From Cycas panzhihuaensis (Eukaryota > Plantae > Cycadophyta), in contig CM041465.1 in assembly GCA_023213395.1 (NCBI GenBank), forward strand, positions 8,184,001-8,248,000: a stretch of DNA of 64,000 nt. The letters are read 5' to 3'. A program made the position numbers and the translations under genes. Position 1 is the stretch's first letter. The number at the start of each line of letters is the position of its first letter. The notes beneath the pieces were generated by a model. It did not search any database and was not told the origin of the DNA. It worked only from the letters and a program-made list of their open reading frames with translations. Positions 36,447 to 50,880 of the stretch are shown here, piece by piece.

Positions 36447-39017
36447 TATTTCCTAGCTACTAGGAATAGATCAGGAGATAATGACACATAGATAAATAAA
36501 GGTATATATCTCTTCCTCCACTCACAACTTTAGAGTTATATTGTTGAGTCTAGGATGAGGATTTGATGCATGTTTGATGCTTGCTTGGTTTACTTATCTC
36601 CTCTTTTATGTCAATGATGACCAGCAATTTGGTCTAATGGTCGTAGAGCCCCCCATTATGGCCTAACAGTCAATAAGGTGACCCTTCTGTTATCCCTACA
36701 ACTCCATTTCTGTTAGTTTTTTGACCCATGGTTGTATGTTTCACTTTATTTTCTACTTTGGCTACATGTGGCCTATTATTTAATGACCTTAGGATCAGTT
36801 TATAAGAGCTAGAAGTGATAACATATAGCATTAAGGTCAAATTTTGATGAGATTTGATAATAGTGTATTAACTTTTGCTGGCAATAGTGGTACCACAGAG
36901 TATTTCGTAGTACTACAAACAAGTTTGCAGTACCACAAAGAACTTTATGGTACGATTGTTATAATAATCAACCATAGTAAACAACATTCAAATTACATAA
37001 TTAATGCCTCCTTATTAGGCCTAATAGGCCATGGCATCCCTAGGTCAATGTGCAATGGTCTAGAGAGGTCTCTTAGTTCACCAAACTACTATTTTCTTGA
37101 ATTTGAGTGGATTCATTTGAATTAAACCATGGAAATCCATGGATTCCTAGTGATGGTTTCTTACATGAAACCACCACTCCAACACCATGATTTCTCCTAT
37201 AAAATCCCTCATTTTTTAGTGGGAGGGGTTCCATTAGTTCCATTATTTCATGAGTTGAGTTTACTTTTCATTAGTTGGGTTCAGATTTCATACATTCTTA
37301 TGCTTGATTAGGCTTGGCTAAACATGGTGGAGATCCTTATTCTTGATTCAAATTTATACTAGCTTAGCTTTATTTTCTTTTTCTTAAGACTCAACACCTT
37401 GGATTACTAGCATCAGCTTCATTCTCTCAAGGATTGATGAGATTTACTTGATTTATCTTGAAGCACTAAGTAATTTCCACTATTTCATTAGAGTAAGACT
37501 TGGAAGGAGGCATTAACAATCTCAAGGAGGTGTGATGAGGCTCATTTATACAATTATCAGCTCTAACTCACTTCTTGCTCTTAAGTAATTTCTGTCCTTA
37601 ATGCATGGTATAAGATCTTCCTTATGCACACTCTTTCTACTCCATTTTAGGCCATGTTACCATATGTTATGATGATTTTACTCTAATAATTACTTGGATG
37701 CTCTTTGTTGCTATACTTTCATCTTTCCTTCATTGATTGTTTTCCAAGTTGTAGGGATTTTTGAGGGTTTCCCTTGGCTTAACCAAGGAAACCACCTATA
37801 TTAGGGAGGCTAGTGCCATCTTAAGGCACCCCTCACCCCTATTTCCTATATTTTATACTTTCTTTCACTTTATCTCTTTATGATGAATGTTCATGCTTAC
37901 ATGTAGTACATGCATTCCCTTGGTAGTGTATAGAAGATAGTGTTGTAAACTATATTATAAATCTTGTTGGTTTGGATCACTTCCTAACTTATATGCAAGG
38001 TGGAGGCCAAGCTTTCCAAGGAGTTCTAAAAGACACAATGACAGGTCACGTCTTCTAAGGTGAGCTCTCCCTTCTTGTTTCATTTATTTCTTGGCATTAT
38101 CGATTTTTGCTATTTATATTATGTTGCTAGTTTAATTTGGGGTAGGTAAGTGAAGCCCCTCACCTCAAAACATCATGGCAGAAGATAGGCTATAAGGTGA
38201 TGTCAAGGAAAGAGATTCTTACTAGTTACTTCTATTATGGGTATGCCCTCCACCCTTTTTCTTATTTCCTTTCTTGCCTTATATTAGTTTCATCTCTTTT
38301 TTTGCATGCATTCACTACCCTCCTTGTTTCCTTTTTTTTTTTTAAAGAAAGTGAAGAAAACAGGGAAAAGAGAGAGTAAAGAAAGAAGGAGAGAGAGGGT
38401 TGTATAATTCCATTATCCTTTAAATCCCCCCTTTTATCCTCCATTCCTCTTTATTTTGCTTTGAAATGATTGTAAAAAGAAAAGAAGAAAGCGTAAAAGA
38501 GAGGGAAAGGAGAGTGAAGTTTGACACTTCTTACACATTGCTTTTGTTATACTACTTAGTTGTTTCTTTTTTTGTAATATATTTATGAACAACCTACATT
38601 AAGAAAGAACCCCAAGTAGAATCTATAACTACCTCTGAACTCAAAACAAAATAAAAGAATGATCCAAACTCCTTCCACCTTCTTCATCTATCATCTCTAT
38701 CAAATCATCTCCCTACAAGGGAATCTTCTTGACCATCTACCATAAGAGGATAGCAAAAGCCCTACTTAGGTAACCTAATAACTTGAGGAAGGCAAGCCAC
38801 CCATACCTCAATGACCTATTTGATAGGAAACTCAAGGCCTTATATGAAAAGAAGGGAACACATGCCACATGAGTCCCAAATTTGCACCCAAATGATGCAC
38901 AGATGCCCTCTGTGGGCAAATAGGAGTTACACCGCATCTCTTTAGGCCCTCACACCCTAGGCCTATTGCCCATAGGTGCATAGTTACCTCTTGTTACCCT
39001 TAGTAGGCATGCTTCCA
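36447..39017 (+). repeat. 5' LTR of the Tat element
   Basis: Collinear with 50881-53405; followed by the PBS. Confidence 0.88.
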
Positions 39018-39189
39018 CTAGTAACTATACTGGGGACTTGCTAGTAAGGATGCCTTAGGGTTCCTTTAGTTTCCTTGCACCATCCCTTTCTTTCCTCATA
39101 AGGTTCTGTAAGGGTGTCACATCATTTTAAAACTCTCCTTTTAGATTAATCCTCCTACTTCTAGGATTCCTTGGTCAAGATGTGAATGC

Positions 39190-42100
39190 AATGCTTCTCT
39201 CATTACCTACATCACCTCCTCCCTTTAGAAGTAGAGCCTTCTTATTCCTCCATCGCTACGTTTGACCCAGGGTCATCGATGGAGAGGTACTCATCCAATT
39301 GGCCATACCATTCTTATGCCCCTAATTGGTCTAAACTTAAGGCTTCCGATCACGATCAAGATCTTGTCCATGACAGTGATGATCCACCCTATTATTTGGA
39401 TGAATAACTAGAAGTACATCCAAACCTCTACCCATTTCCTACACATGTCACATGGGGATCTTATCCCATGAATCCCTCTTATTCTGGTGAGAGGGATCCC
39501 ATAGATCATCCTATAAGCTTTGGTCATCGTAGGGAACCTTCCACCTTCTATGATTAGGCTTGCACTCCTCTTAGGGATGCGACAGAAGCATTGAGGCAAT
39601 GCTTTGAGTCTACAAGCACTCAACCACCTCTTAAGTGGTTGGAGTATTTCCTTTAGAGTATGCCACCCTCCTCTTCCACTACCATCCCCCCTACATCATC
39701 GCAACCAACATCTTCTTTACTTTTAGAGCCCACTCCTATGTCTTCCATATCTACAAGTACTCTCTTAACTCAAGGGATGCCTTATGGTATACATACCTCC
39801 CAAATAGGGTCAAGTTTACCCCATTTATAAACAACCATACCATAGTCAATCATGATGTATATCCCTTTGATTTTACCAACTATACCTCCACATCCCCATA
39901 ATTCAGGACATGGAGGATTTTCTCCTATTCATCCTTGGCCACAACTCATGGACACCTTACTTTATATTCCCTTGGGGTATATGTCATAATCTTTGGGGTA
40001 TGGGGGACTAAACCCCCTTCCAACTCATGGGGTGGACTCATTCCATCCTTATGGGGTTGCTCCTCTTATTAGGGGACCCTATGGGTAAAACCCTATCCCC
40101 TATCCTATATCTCTTATATTATATTTTACCTCATGCATAGTTGCCCCACAAGGGGGATCTGTTCCCCCTTATATTCCACCATCCTATTCATCTATTCCTA
40201 TAAGGGCATACTCACACCTTTTTTCTACCCATGCAGTATACCCTAAAGGTGGGTTGATACCTCCTCTCCCACCTCCTTACCTAATGCATTCTCATATAGG
40301 AGTAGTTCCTCCTCATCAATTAGGAGGAGCCTTGCATCCTATCTATGGTTCTACCCCTTACCTCCGTCTTATCAGAAGTGGGTACCCATACCCACCTCCT
40401 CCATATTCCTAGGTTGATCTACTAGCTCAACTAGGGGTTTCTCCCTTCATTGACTACCGCTCAACCCCATTATCTATTAAGGCTTTTAAGACCAACCTAC
40501 TGCTTCATCTCCCTGAAGTACCTAAGTTTGGTGGTATTTCCCTATAAGACCTAATTGAACATGTTGAAGGCTTCACCATGGCATGTATTGATTACTAGGC
40601 CTATGATCATATCCTTATGAAGCTATTCCCAAGATCCTTATAGGAAGATGCCCTTAAATGGTTCTACCATCTCCCTGCTCACTCTATTTTTACCTTCCAA
40701 TAACTAGTTGACAAATTTGTCAACTACTTTGATGTGGTTCAACCTTTAAAAGTGGGGTCAAAGCCCTTTTATCACTAAAATAAGGCCACAAGGAGCTCAA
40801 TTATGACTTTGTCAGGTGATTCCATGACCTCCTCCATTCTTCCAAGTTAACTTTACTTGAAGAATTAAAGAGGGATATCTTTATCAATGCCTTACACCCT
40901 GAGGTACATGTGGAAGTCCCCAAGAAGGGAGTGATGATGTGTAATTTTGCCATAGTTAAATGCTTAGCACTAGAGGCTATTGAGATCCAAGCAGGTCTTA
41001 AGAGACTCCTTAGGCAATCATAATGCCATGAGGTAGCCCCTCCACTACGTAGCCAAAAGGGTTAGTAATAGCTTCTAAGGCCTCCTGCTAATATGATCGA
41101 TAGGACCTTAGACCTTCTTACCTCCATTGTATATTCTTTTAAATATATAGTTAGGGATTTAAAGCTCCAATCAACTTAAACTTCTTCAGAATTGTATTGA
41201 CCTATGCACAAAACATCCTAAAATTTTCCACCTAAAGGTGGGAGTACCTAAACTTCTCAAGGGAGGAAGCCAAGATGTCCTTCCAAAAATAAGTGGTGTT
41301 CTATGCGTGGGGAATGCTTACAAGAGTATTCATGGTTCTAGTCATAACACCCCGAGCTTGTACCACATCATGATTCCTCCCCTTAAAGAGCTTCTAAATC
41401 TAACTTAGAGTAGCCCATTTACCAGGACCCTTTTCCAAACCATGGTGGACAAGATCAATCTACCCAAAACATGAGAGTAAGAAATAGGAGGTGATCCCTT
41501 ATCCTTTCCTCTAACTAAGCAAAGGGGAAGGGTCCAAGGGATCCATCCTCTCCATTGAGCCCAAGGTACTAATGCCCTTCATCCTCTTAGCCTAAGAACA
41601 CAGGAAAGAGAGCGATCCAAATGCTTGAGATAACTTAAGTGTGCCCCATCACATATTCTCAAGCTGCGAAGGAGGCCAGTGAAGCCTCCACCTCATAACA
41701 AAACCCTCCCATATATGACCCACCTATAGAGATTCCTATGGTCTCTAAGACCATTCCTATCCATCTTAGGCATTATGATTTCCAAAGAGCACTTCCTTAA
41801 CCCATTGGAAAGAGAAAGGCCTTCTCCATTATCGAAGAGATTTATAATGTCTCTGTAGGCATGTCCATGATGCATGTCCTATAGAGTTACCCTCATCAAT
41901 GAGCTCTTCTTTTAGAGGCCCTTGGATAAAAGGATATCCTTATCCATTTCATGGGCACAACCTTTTGAGGGTCACTGATTATTTCTTTTAACCCAAGGGA
42001 CCTCCCTTCTACCAATGAAAGGTAGTGCCATTGGCACTACCCCTTCACCATTATTATTGACACTCCTAAGTTCATATTGAAGAGGACTATTATAGATAAT

Positions 42101-45100
42101 GGCCATTTAGTGAATGCCATGCCTATGTACATGGTAGAGAAGCTAAGTATAGGATCCCTCAAAATAGTCCCATAGAGATTCCAAGGCTACAATGGTAGCG
42201 AGAATACCCCTCTAGGAATGGTAACACTCCCACTCACCTTAGAAGATAAAATGGTGTAAACTAGCATTATGGTTCTTAACATTGATGTGGACTACAACCT
42301 CTTATTGGGTCAGACATAGCTTGACCAAATGGGAGTTATGTGATCTTCTATATGGGGACAACTCAAGTTTGCTCATGAAGGGAAAATGAAGGTTATCACT
42401 TAAGAACCCCCTCCTAATCGATCATCCCATCAACCATGCCAAGCAATCTTTAGGATAGCCAATAAGGATAAAGACCCATATGACTTATTGATTACTAATT
42501 CCTTTGATATTAAAAACCCCAAGGAAGAGGGGGATGCACCTCCCCTATGACCAAATTTGGTTCATTTCATGCCCATTGGCATAGGGAGATACTAATATTT
42601 AATTGTCTTAAGTGACCACGAGCCTGATGATGACTATGAAGAATTGCCTCATCAAATCTCTCTTCTTAACATGTGAAGGAGGCATGCCTTTTGTCCCTTA
42701 GTGCATTTCATATTCTGGCATAGGACACATGTGGGGTTGGATAACTATTGCCCTATTGACGTGATTAAGCCTTCTTCTACTTCATCCTAATGGCCACATA
42801 CTCTCAACCTACTTAAGTATATAGATCCCCAACTTGCCTATGAGTATTCTACTCTAGGAGCCCCTCGACCCTCATCATCCTCTAAAGATGATAAGAATGT
42901 TGAGTCCCTTTTTTCTCATGATGGATCTATCTCGAGCATGGATACAACACCATAGGAGGGTGCACTCTAACTCTTTAGAAGAGTCCCCTTGTTATTATGA
43001 CTAACTATTACCTTTCAAATACCATAAGCTTGGTTTTTAGAAGTGCTTAACTATTTGATCATCCTTAGTTGAGCATAGCTGACCAACAACTCCTCTTCAT
43101 CTTCTTATTAATGAAGCCCCCTTCTACTTTGATGAGGGGAATGCCATGTGCATAGGGGCAGCCAAGGACATCATCCTTACCCTTGATAAGGTTATCAAGG
43201 TCAGAGTAGAATGCTCTCCCTAAGAAATAGAGATGTATACTAAGTTATTTCAAGAGTTCCATGATGTCTTTACATGGGACTATTCAAATATGAATGATAT
43301 AAACCCTAATGTCATTTCTAATAACCTTATCATTATCTTGGGTGCTTGCCACATGAGGGAAAAATAATACCCCTTATACCCAAAGCTATCAACTTAGTCA
43401 AAATAAAAGTTAAAAAGCTGCTAGGCATAGCCTCATCACTTCCTTTGATTGGCCTAAATGGGTCTCTAATTTCGTATCTGTTACTAAGAAGAATGGGACC
43501 ATTAGAATTTATGTTGACTTTAGAGACATCAATAACATATGTCCTAAAGATAACTTTCTCCATATTTTCATTGATCATACCACTGGTTTTGAGGTTATAT
43601 CTTTAATGGACAACTTCTCTAGTTATAACCAAATCTAGATATCTCCCATGGATTGCCATCAAATGACCTTCACTACTCCTTGGGGGACATTTGCTTATAA
43701 AGCTATACCCTTTAGTTTGAAGAATGCTAGAACTACCTACCAAAGGGCTATGCAGCTTATATTCCATGACCTCATTAACAAGATTCCTGAGGTCTTCATG
43801 GATGATATGATAGGCCTTTCCTGAAAAAGGGTTTATCATCCTACAGACCTTAGGGTCATTTTTATGAGATGCCATAAATATTGTGCCAACCTAAATTTGC
43901 TTAAATGCATCTTCACAATGACGACTGGCAAACTATTAAGGTTCCTTATTTCTAAACAAGGAATCCAAGTTGACCTTGATAAGATCAAAGCAATAGTTGA
44001 GATGCCTCTCCCAAGAACGCAATGATAAATCAAGTCATTCTTAGGGAGATTAGGTTTCTTACGGTCTTTCTCTTGGTAGACTTTTCCATTAATGCCAAAC
44101 CTTCAACTAACCTGCTTAGGAAAGAAACCCCTTTTGTTTGGTCCCTTAGGGCCTAAGAGGCCTTCTAGGAGCTCAAACAAGCCCTTATGTTGGCTCCCAT
44201 CTTGGCCTCTCCTCTTTTTGACCATCTTTTTATTCTATATACTTTAGCAATTGATGAATCTCTAAGGGCCATGCTAACCTAAGAAGACGATTCCAAAACT
44301 AAGAGGGCCATCTATTTCATTAGTCATACCTTAGTGGCAGTAGAATTAAACAACCTACTAGCCAAGAAAGAATGCTTGGCACTAATTTATGCCACTAAAA
44401 AGTTTAAGCATTACCTCTTAGGAAATACCACTCATGTGATCATCTAATTAGGTCCCTTAAGATATCTTATAATACAATTCAACTTGATAGGAAGGGCTGA
44501 CAAGTGGGCCATCCTCCTATAAGAGTACAATCTAAGAATTATCAATTGAAAATCTAAGAAAGCCATAGTAGTTACAGAATAGCTAGCAGACATCCCCATA
44601 TCAAACTCTCTTAGAGTTCTAGTTAATGATTCCCCGCTCAACAAACCTATTTTAGCTCTTCAATAAATTAATGTCCATCCATTAGCTAACAACAAATGGT
44701 ATAGTAATATGATTAACTACCTAACCCAATAGTAATATCCAACTAATGCCAACAACAAGGTCAAGCTATAAGTAAGGGCCTTTGCTCAATAATACTTCTT
44801 CATAGAGGACATATTGTATAAACGATCATTCAATGGCATACTCCTTTGTTGCACTAACCTAGAGAAGACCAACTAAATTCTTTATGAATGCCATGACAAC
44901 ATTTACAGAGGCCACTTTGGGGGCCAATCAATGGTCTAATAGATCCTACATATGGGTTATTATTGGCCAACCCCATTTAAAGATGCCCATGATTATACTT
45001 AATATTATCATCAATGCTAAGAGCATGCTAACAGTATTCATTAGCCTTCCAAGGTGTTACATGCGGTGGTCTCTCTATGGCCTTTTTTCTAATGGGGATT

Positions 45101-45930
45101 GGACCTTATTGGATCCATTACTCCACCCTCCTCAGCCTAGCACAAATTCATCCTAATGGCTATTGAGTATTTTACTAAATGATCTAAAGCTATCCCCCTA
45201 TCTTTGAAAACTGGTAAAACTATTGCTACCTTTGTATATTAGTATATTATCTATTGATTTAGGGTCCTTGATGTCTTTATTATAAATAATGGAACCTCAT
45301 TTTGTAATAAAGAAATAGACGAGCTTTGTGAGAGATTCAAGATCTCTCATAAGACTTTATCCCCTTATTACCCTCAGGCTAATGACCAAATCAAAGCTTT
45401 TAATACAATCTTAATTAACATTCTTAAAAGGACTGTTACCTAATCCCAAAATGTTTGGCACTTCTATCTTCATTCAGCCTTGTGGGCTTACTATACTTTG
45501 ATCCAAACAACTATAGGAATGACACCATTCTCTTCAGTTTATAGGTCAAAAGTAATAGATTGAAATCCCCTCCTTAAGGGTGTCCCTCAAAGGGTTTGTT
45601 GATAAGGTGTGGCAACATTAAGCTTGCCTCCTTGACCTCAATGCCTTGGATGAGAAACACATAATGACATACCAAGCTAATTTGGCATCTAAAGTTAGGG
45701 TACAAAGGATGCATAACAAATACCTATGCCCTTACCTTTTAAGTCTTGGGGACCATGTCCTCAAATTAGAATATTTATACAATCATTTATCCAATTCGGC
45801 CCCTAATGGATAAGTCCCTTTATAGTCATTGAAAGCCTCAACAACGATGTATATAAAATCACCACGTTGGAGGACCTCGAGTTTAACAAAGATATAAATA
45901 ATAAATTCCTAAAAAAGTTTATAGTTTACC
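39190..45930 (+). pseudogene. Degenerate gag-pol of the Tat element
   Basis: Pro-rich N-terminus; gag LMKLFPRSL*EDALKWFYHLP (~40615); protease IIDNG (~42090); RT FTTPWGTFAYKAIPFSLKNARTTYQRAM..EVFMDDM (~43670-43810); RH AIYFISHTL..EL....KKECLALIYA (~44310); INT H...GHFGG, WGLDLIG-like, SPYYPQAN (~44890-45400). Numerous stops and frameshifts. Confidence 0.92.
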
Positions 45931-46899
45931 CCTTACTCCTTGACAGGAGAGGGGAAACTCACCTTCATTTTGAAATGAGCCTAAACTACCCTTTATTTAT
46001 AATTGCCAAATATCCTCACAAGGGATAAGATATGTATTCAAGCTTTTCTTTGCTTCTACTTGTTACAAGGGATGGCAATGCTCCCCCATGGAGGTGCCAT
46101 ACCACCCTCTAATAAGTCAAGCCTTCTTTCAGTCTGTGGATAGTGGACATTCTCGCACGAGGGATATTTCTCCATATCTACATCTAATCCCCCTGCCAAT
46201 CCATAGCCCTAGGCTAGATCAAGCCCCATGGGGATAACTTTATTCAATCACAAATATAAGCTATCATCCTAAAAAGAGCAAATAATATTAACACTTGTTA
46301 AGAGCAAGTAACATCAAAACTCATTACTCTTTAAGAACCTTTGGGCTATCTATACCCATTAGGTCCCTTCTTTTTTAGTGCCCATGTTAGTGCCTTGAGG
46401 TCTAAGAGAACCTAGTCTATCTTCTAACTTGGGTATGAGTACCTCTATGTGAGGCCTTCCTTTCATGCCTAAACTCTTTCCCTTATACTAAGCTAGTAAC
46501 TAAGATCTCTACCCTCGCCTTAGCGGGGCATGTAATCCCTCTACCTGAATGCCACATGAGATGCTTAACCATATCATAATGATTATGTGTATGCTTAGTA
46601 TGTAAGCTCTAAGCTATGGATAAGGTAAAGTAATAATGCTAAACATGAGCCAAAGAGCTTGCATACATGTATATCCATCAACAAGAAGTAAAATTCATAA
46701 CAAAATGGGGTACTAATTTAGTCTCCATCTCTCTCTCTATATAAGCATAAAATAATAATATAATAGTACATCAATGCAATGCACTAGAGGAAGCCAAAAT
46801 CCTTATAAGGGGTGTACAATCATCCTCTCAAACCAGGTGCATACAGAGTATAGATATCCCCTAGATGTCTAAGCTTTCCTGCAACTAAAATATATCATC

Positions 46900-49220
46900 A
46901 TACAAAAATCCCTGGAGCTACCTAGAGATAGTCATGGAGTATCATCCTCAAGCTATCTTGTCCTCTGTCATGGGGTCCAAGTTCCCTTGAGACTCCTCCT
47001 AAGTCATTGCAAGGCCTCAACCTTTCTGTCCTCATCCTACACCTAGCCCTTATCCCTTAGTCACATGTGGGAAGGAGTCTCCATGTGTGTCTGTAATGAT
47101 TTGGCCTCCATCTAGTCCACCAACCTATCATAGCATGTTTGGAATCGATCCTGCTCCCCCTACACCTTAGCTAGCTAACCCTACATCTCTTGGAGTTGAT
47201 TGTGCTCCACCTAGACCTTAGATAATCATCTTTGAGTATCTTATAGTTGTTACTTTAAGATTACCATCCTCTCCTTGGTCCCTAGAGCCACCTGTAGAGG
47301 TGCCATTATTGCTAGAGATGCTCTCTCTCCTATCTGGGCCTCTAGCTTCCTTACCCAAGCCTACAGTTGATCCCTCTCTATCTGAAGATGAGCCTGCTTT
47401 ATCTACCCCTCCTAGGATTCTATAGTCTATATATCCTTGATCCTGAGAAGGGGAGCAAATATGATAGTATATGGATGCACTAATTCTGGCTCTCTACTAT
47501 CCATTATTAGAGGTTATCCCTCCATATATACTTGAGGGAACAACTTGGCCACCACTTTATGAACCAACTCTATTGTAACATCCTTTCCTACCAACTAAGC
47601 AAATTTGTATATTAGTAAGGATACTAGAATGGAAATAATATTGAAAACTACTCAATAAATAGATGTAAGTAACGACCATAGCTGAAAGGGAAAGGGGAAT
47701 GCCTCTTAGAGCAGTTAGTACCCCTGGTACTGCCTCCTCATTGACCCTTATGACCTCCTCTCCCTCAGTAACTATGGCTTCCTCACCAATAATAGCTATA
47801 CCCTCATCCCCCTCTGGTCCAACAATTGTATATTCCTCATTGGCCTCATCTCCTGGCTTTCCCATTAGCTTTACTATATCTCCCTCTCCATCCTCATCAC
47901 TATCCCAATGGATAGTGTGGTATGATTGGTGCACATAATCAACTAGGGTTAGTAAATCTAGAGATGTGGTAGCCACCAACCTCTTAACCTGCTCCAAGTC
48001 TCTGATGCTCCTAAACTAGGAAGGCCATTGATGGATAGTAGGCCTATTAGCTGACACCGACTAAGGGCCTATCATTGGTCCCACTACCCTAAAGTGATCA
48101 AAGAACCAACACTGGAGTAGGGATAAATAGGGGAAGCTACTATGTCTTGCTGCCTGAATCTAGTCTAATTGGGTTATGATGTTAGCCACTATCAAAGTAA
48201 CCTAGTCCAACCTCTGTCCCTCCTCATAACAATGGATGGTCTCTATCAATCCTCCTAGAATATCCCTATAATTTATTTCTAGGAAATCTAGAATAGAATA
48301 GTAAAAATAATAAGTTTCCTCAATCGAGGAATATATGCTAATATAATGGTCCAAATCACTACCTTGCACTAATCCCAGTGGCCCCTACCATAGAAAAATA
48401 GGGCCACCTCTTGATGTGCTATATCCATACTAAGTAAGACCCCTAAAACATCTAGTGTTCCATTCGTTGGGACCCTTAAGATCCTTCGTACATCTAATGG
48501 GATGATCATTAAGTCTCTAACTCTAGGCAGGTGGTACACATGCATCTTGTATTCCTAATGAGATATAATATTTATCAATAGTGCCTGATTGAAGGTATAT
48601 TATCATGATGTAACCACTCTGAGTAACTTGTATCACCTTAAGATGCTACTATCCTATCAAGTCATCAGCTCTACCAAAGTTAACATCAGCACCTTGATGT
48701 TTTCATAATTATCCACTACCATAACTACTTGCAATCTAACCAAGGTACCACCAATTAGTCATCTACTAGGTAATGGGAGAAACCCCTCTCTTAGACAAGT
48801 AAAAACAAATAAATCTTGAGAAAAAATTTTAAAAAATATTAATGTAGTTTTGTATAGTAGAAATTTTTACATTACCATAAATAAATAGGCAATTTGTGGT
48901 CTATTTCCCATAGTTTTTTTTATGGTACCACATCTATATATGTGATACCATAGAAAACTTTGTGGTATCAGATATCTCTACCATAAAAACAAAAAAATTA
49001 TCTCTACACTACCCTTGTTTAGACATAAAGTAGGTCCATCAGGACTAAGGCACCTAAAAACCCTAGTCCAGCCTCTTAAGGGACTTTAAACAGGTCTTGT
49101 TAGGCCCCAAAATCCTAAAATGAGCACTGCTTAGCTACTAAAAAACATAATGACAAAAATAAACAAAAAATAAGCTTAAAGTCAAGATCCACTCACTGGG
49201 TCCATCCTCACTACTACCAT
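46900..49220 (-). pseudogene. Antisense accessory gene of the Tat element: plant mobile domain (PMD) + acidic linker + coiled coil, apparently spliced
   Basis: DKIISH*EYKMHVYHLPRVRDLMIIPLDVRRILRVPTNG (~48575-48460) fits the PMD pattern ERW...THTFHLP.GE.TITL.DV..ILGLP..G. Also GQRLD*VTLIVANIITQLD and LLQCWFFDHF (48120-48091), then acidic ORF 47557-47997. Candidate donor GTGAGT at 49196 with acceptor ~48790; candidate intron ~47676-47595. Confidence 0.75.
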
Positions 49221-49967
49221 GATTTCCTCTGGATTTTGAAGACTCTTCCTATGTGATGATCCAATGATTGAATCTCTCTTGGTAAGCCTATGAAGGTAAG
49301 GAAAATCAAGGGTGGTAGAAGGATTCTCTAAGAAACTCAAATAGTAATGGTAAAAATGAATTTTAAATTCTTAACTAACCTATTTTGATTCAACCTGCTT
49401 CAGTAAACTCCCTGGAGCTCTTTGCCTATTTTTCATTCTAATTAAGCCATTAGATTGGCACTTTTAGGGCTATTATTATCTCCTTAAGGACCCAGACCCT
49501 CTTTAGCTCCTCGACATTAATTTCCTCACCTTTTAATGTGTAATATTGATTGTTTCTACCCTCTCTTAGGGAGGCCTTTTTACCCCTAAACTCACTTGTT
49601 CAAAACCTAATCAGTGCTTATACTCCTTAGTTTATATCAACGCATTGATCTCCTATTTTTTAGATATATTAGTCCTTTTTATTGCCCAACAAAATCTCAC
49701 TCTCTTTTCTGAGCCTTCTATTAAGTTTTCAATAAACCTTGGGCCTAATCGACAAGCTCCTTGAACCATCACCTCTCCCTCCCATAAGGTAAACCCTCCA
49801 TGAGCCTTATTGACTAGCAATAGGCCTCTCCTATCCTTTTGCTGAGTGATTTTTGTGACTTTTAGGACTCATTGTTCTTCATTTAGGTTTCTTCTCTCTT
49901 TGTATTTCTCCCCCATAAGGGGGTGATATTTATTTATCTTGTGAAGTTATAGCCACCACCCTTCTCC

Positions 49968-50365
49968 ATGGCCTTACTCATCTATACAGATGGAGGTAGC
50001 TGTGGTAATCTAGGGCCCTCTCCTATAGCTTAGATCATCTGTGATCCTTCTACCTATGCCCTCATGTATTTTGGGATCTATTTACCTAAAGCCACAAATA
50101 ACAAAATAAAGTATGACCATCATCGAGGCCTTGATCGACATGCTTTGTCTCCATATTGGCCATGTTATCTTCCATTGTGACTCCCAAATCATAGTATCTC
50201 AGTTGCCCTAGATCTATTGAGTGATTTGCCTTAGGTTGAGGTCTTTAGCTATTACAACTAGATCCCTATTGGCTCATTTCTCCCTAATAGACATTCAGTA
50301 TATCTCCTGTGACTAAAACATGGAAGTTGACAACCTGGTTAACCTCATCATAGAGCATCACTTGC
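49968..50365 (+). pseudogene. Stand-alone archaeal-type RNase HI (aRH) ORF in the 3' region of the Tat element
   Basis: MALLIYTDGGSCGNLGPSPIA*IICD...GIYLPKATNNKIKYD/IIEALID...HCDSQIIVSQL..IY*V...IQYISCD*NMEVDNLVN fits the RNase HI motifs DG.S.GNPG, TNN.AEY, DSQLVV.Q and N..AD.LAN. It has its own ATG, one frameshift and several stops. Confidence 0.88.
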
Positions 50366-50880
50366 AACTTGTAGATGACTCCCTTTCAACCCAAAGTGCT
50401 CCCTATTGAAAAGGGCCTTAGGGGATAGCCCCTCTTTCTTCCTTCACCTCTGAAAGTGGCCACTAATGAGGTAAAACTATGGTGACTAAGACCTCTATCC
50501 ACCTAACCCTTACCTTTGATTGGTATGATGAAGCATATCCTCATCTCCCCAAAGGTTTCTTTGGGTTTCAAAGCCCCATTTTAGGGTCATACCACTTGCT
50601 TGGTACATTACTAGGGTGCTCCCCCTTGGTTGTTACTTTTCCTTTTCACTTGTACACACTTAAGATTCGTGGCCACTTACCTTAGGATCAATTCAGTTAT
50701 ATATTCATCTCCCTCCTCATCTTGTGCCTCTTGATTATGCACCTATTGTGACACTCGTTGCCCCTTTGTGAACCACATGTATTTGACTCCAAGTTAATAT
50801 CCATATTAACAACATTTATGTTAGCAACATTCACCATCATCATACTTTAGAGCGACGAGGTTCTACTACCAAGAGGACAG

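Noticed and set aside
36844-38937. Short ORFs in the Tat LTRs (also 51930-53307)
   Set aside because: Chance frames in non-coding LTR sequence, not consistently preserved between the two LTRs.
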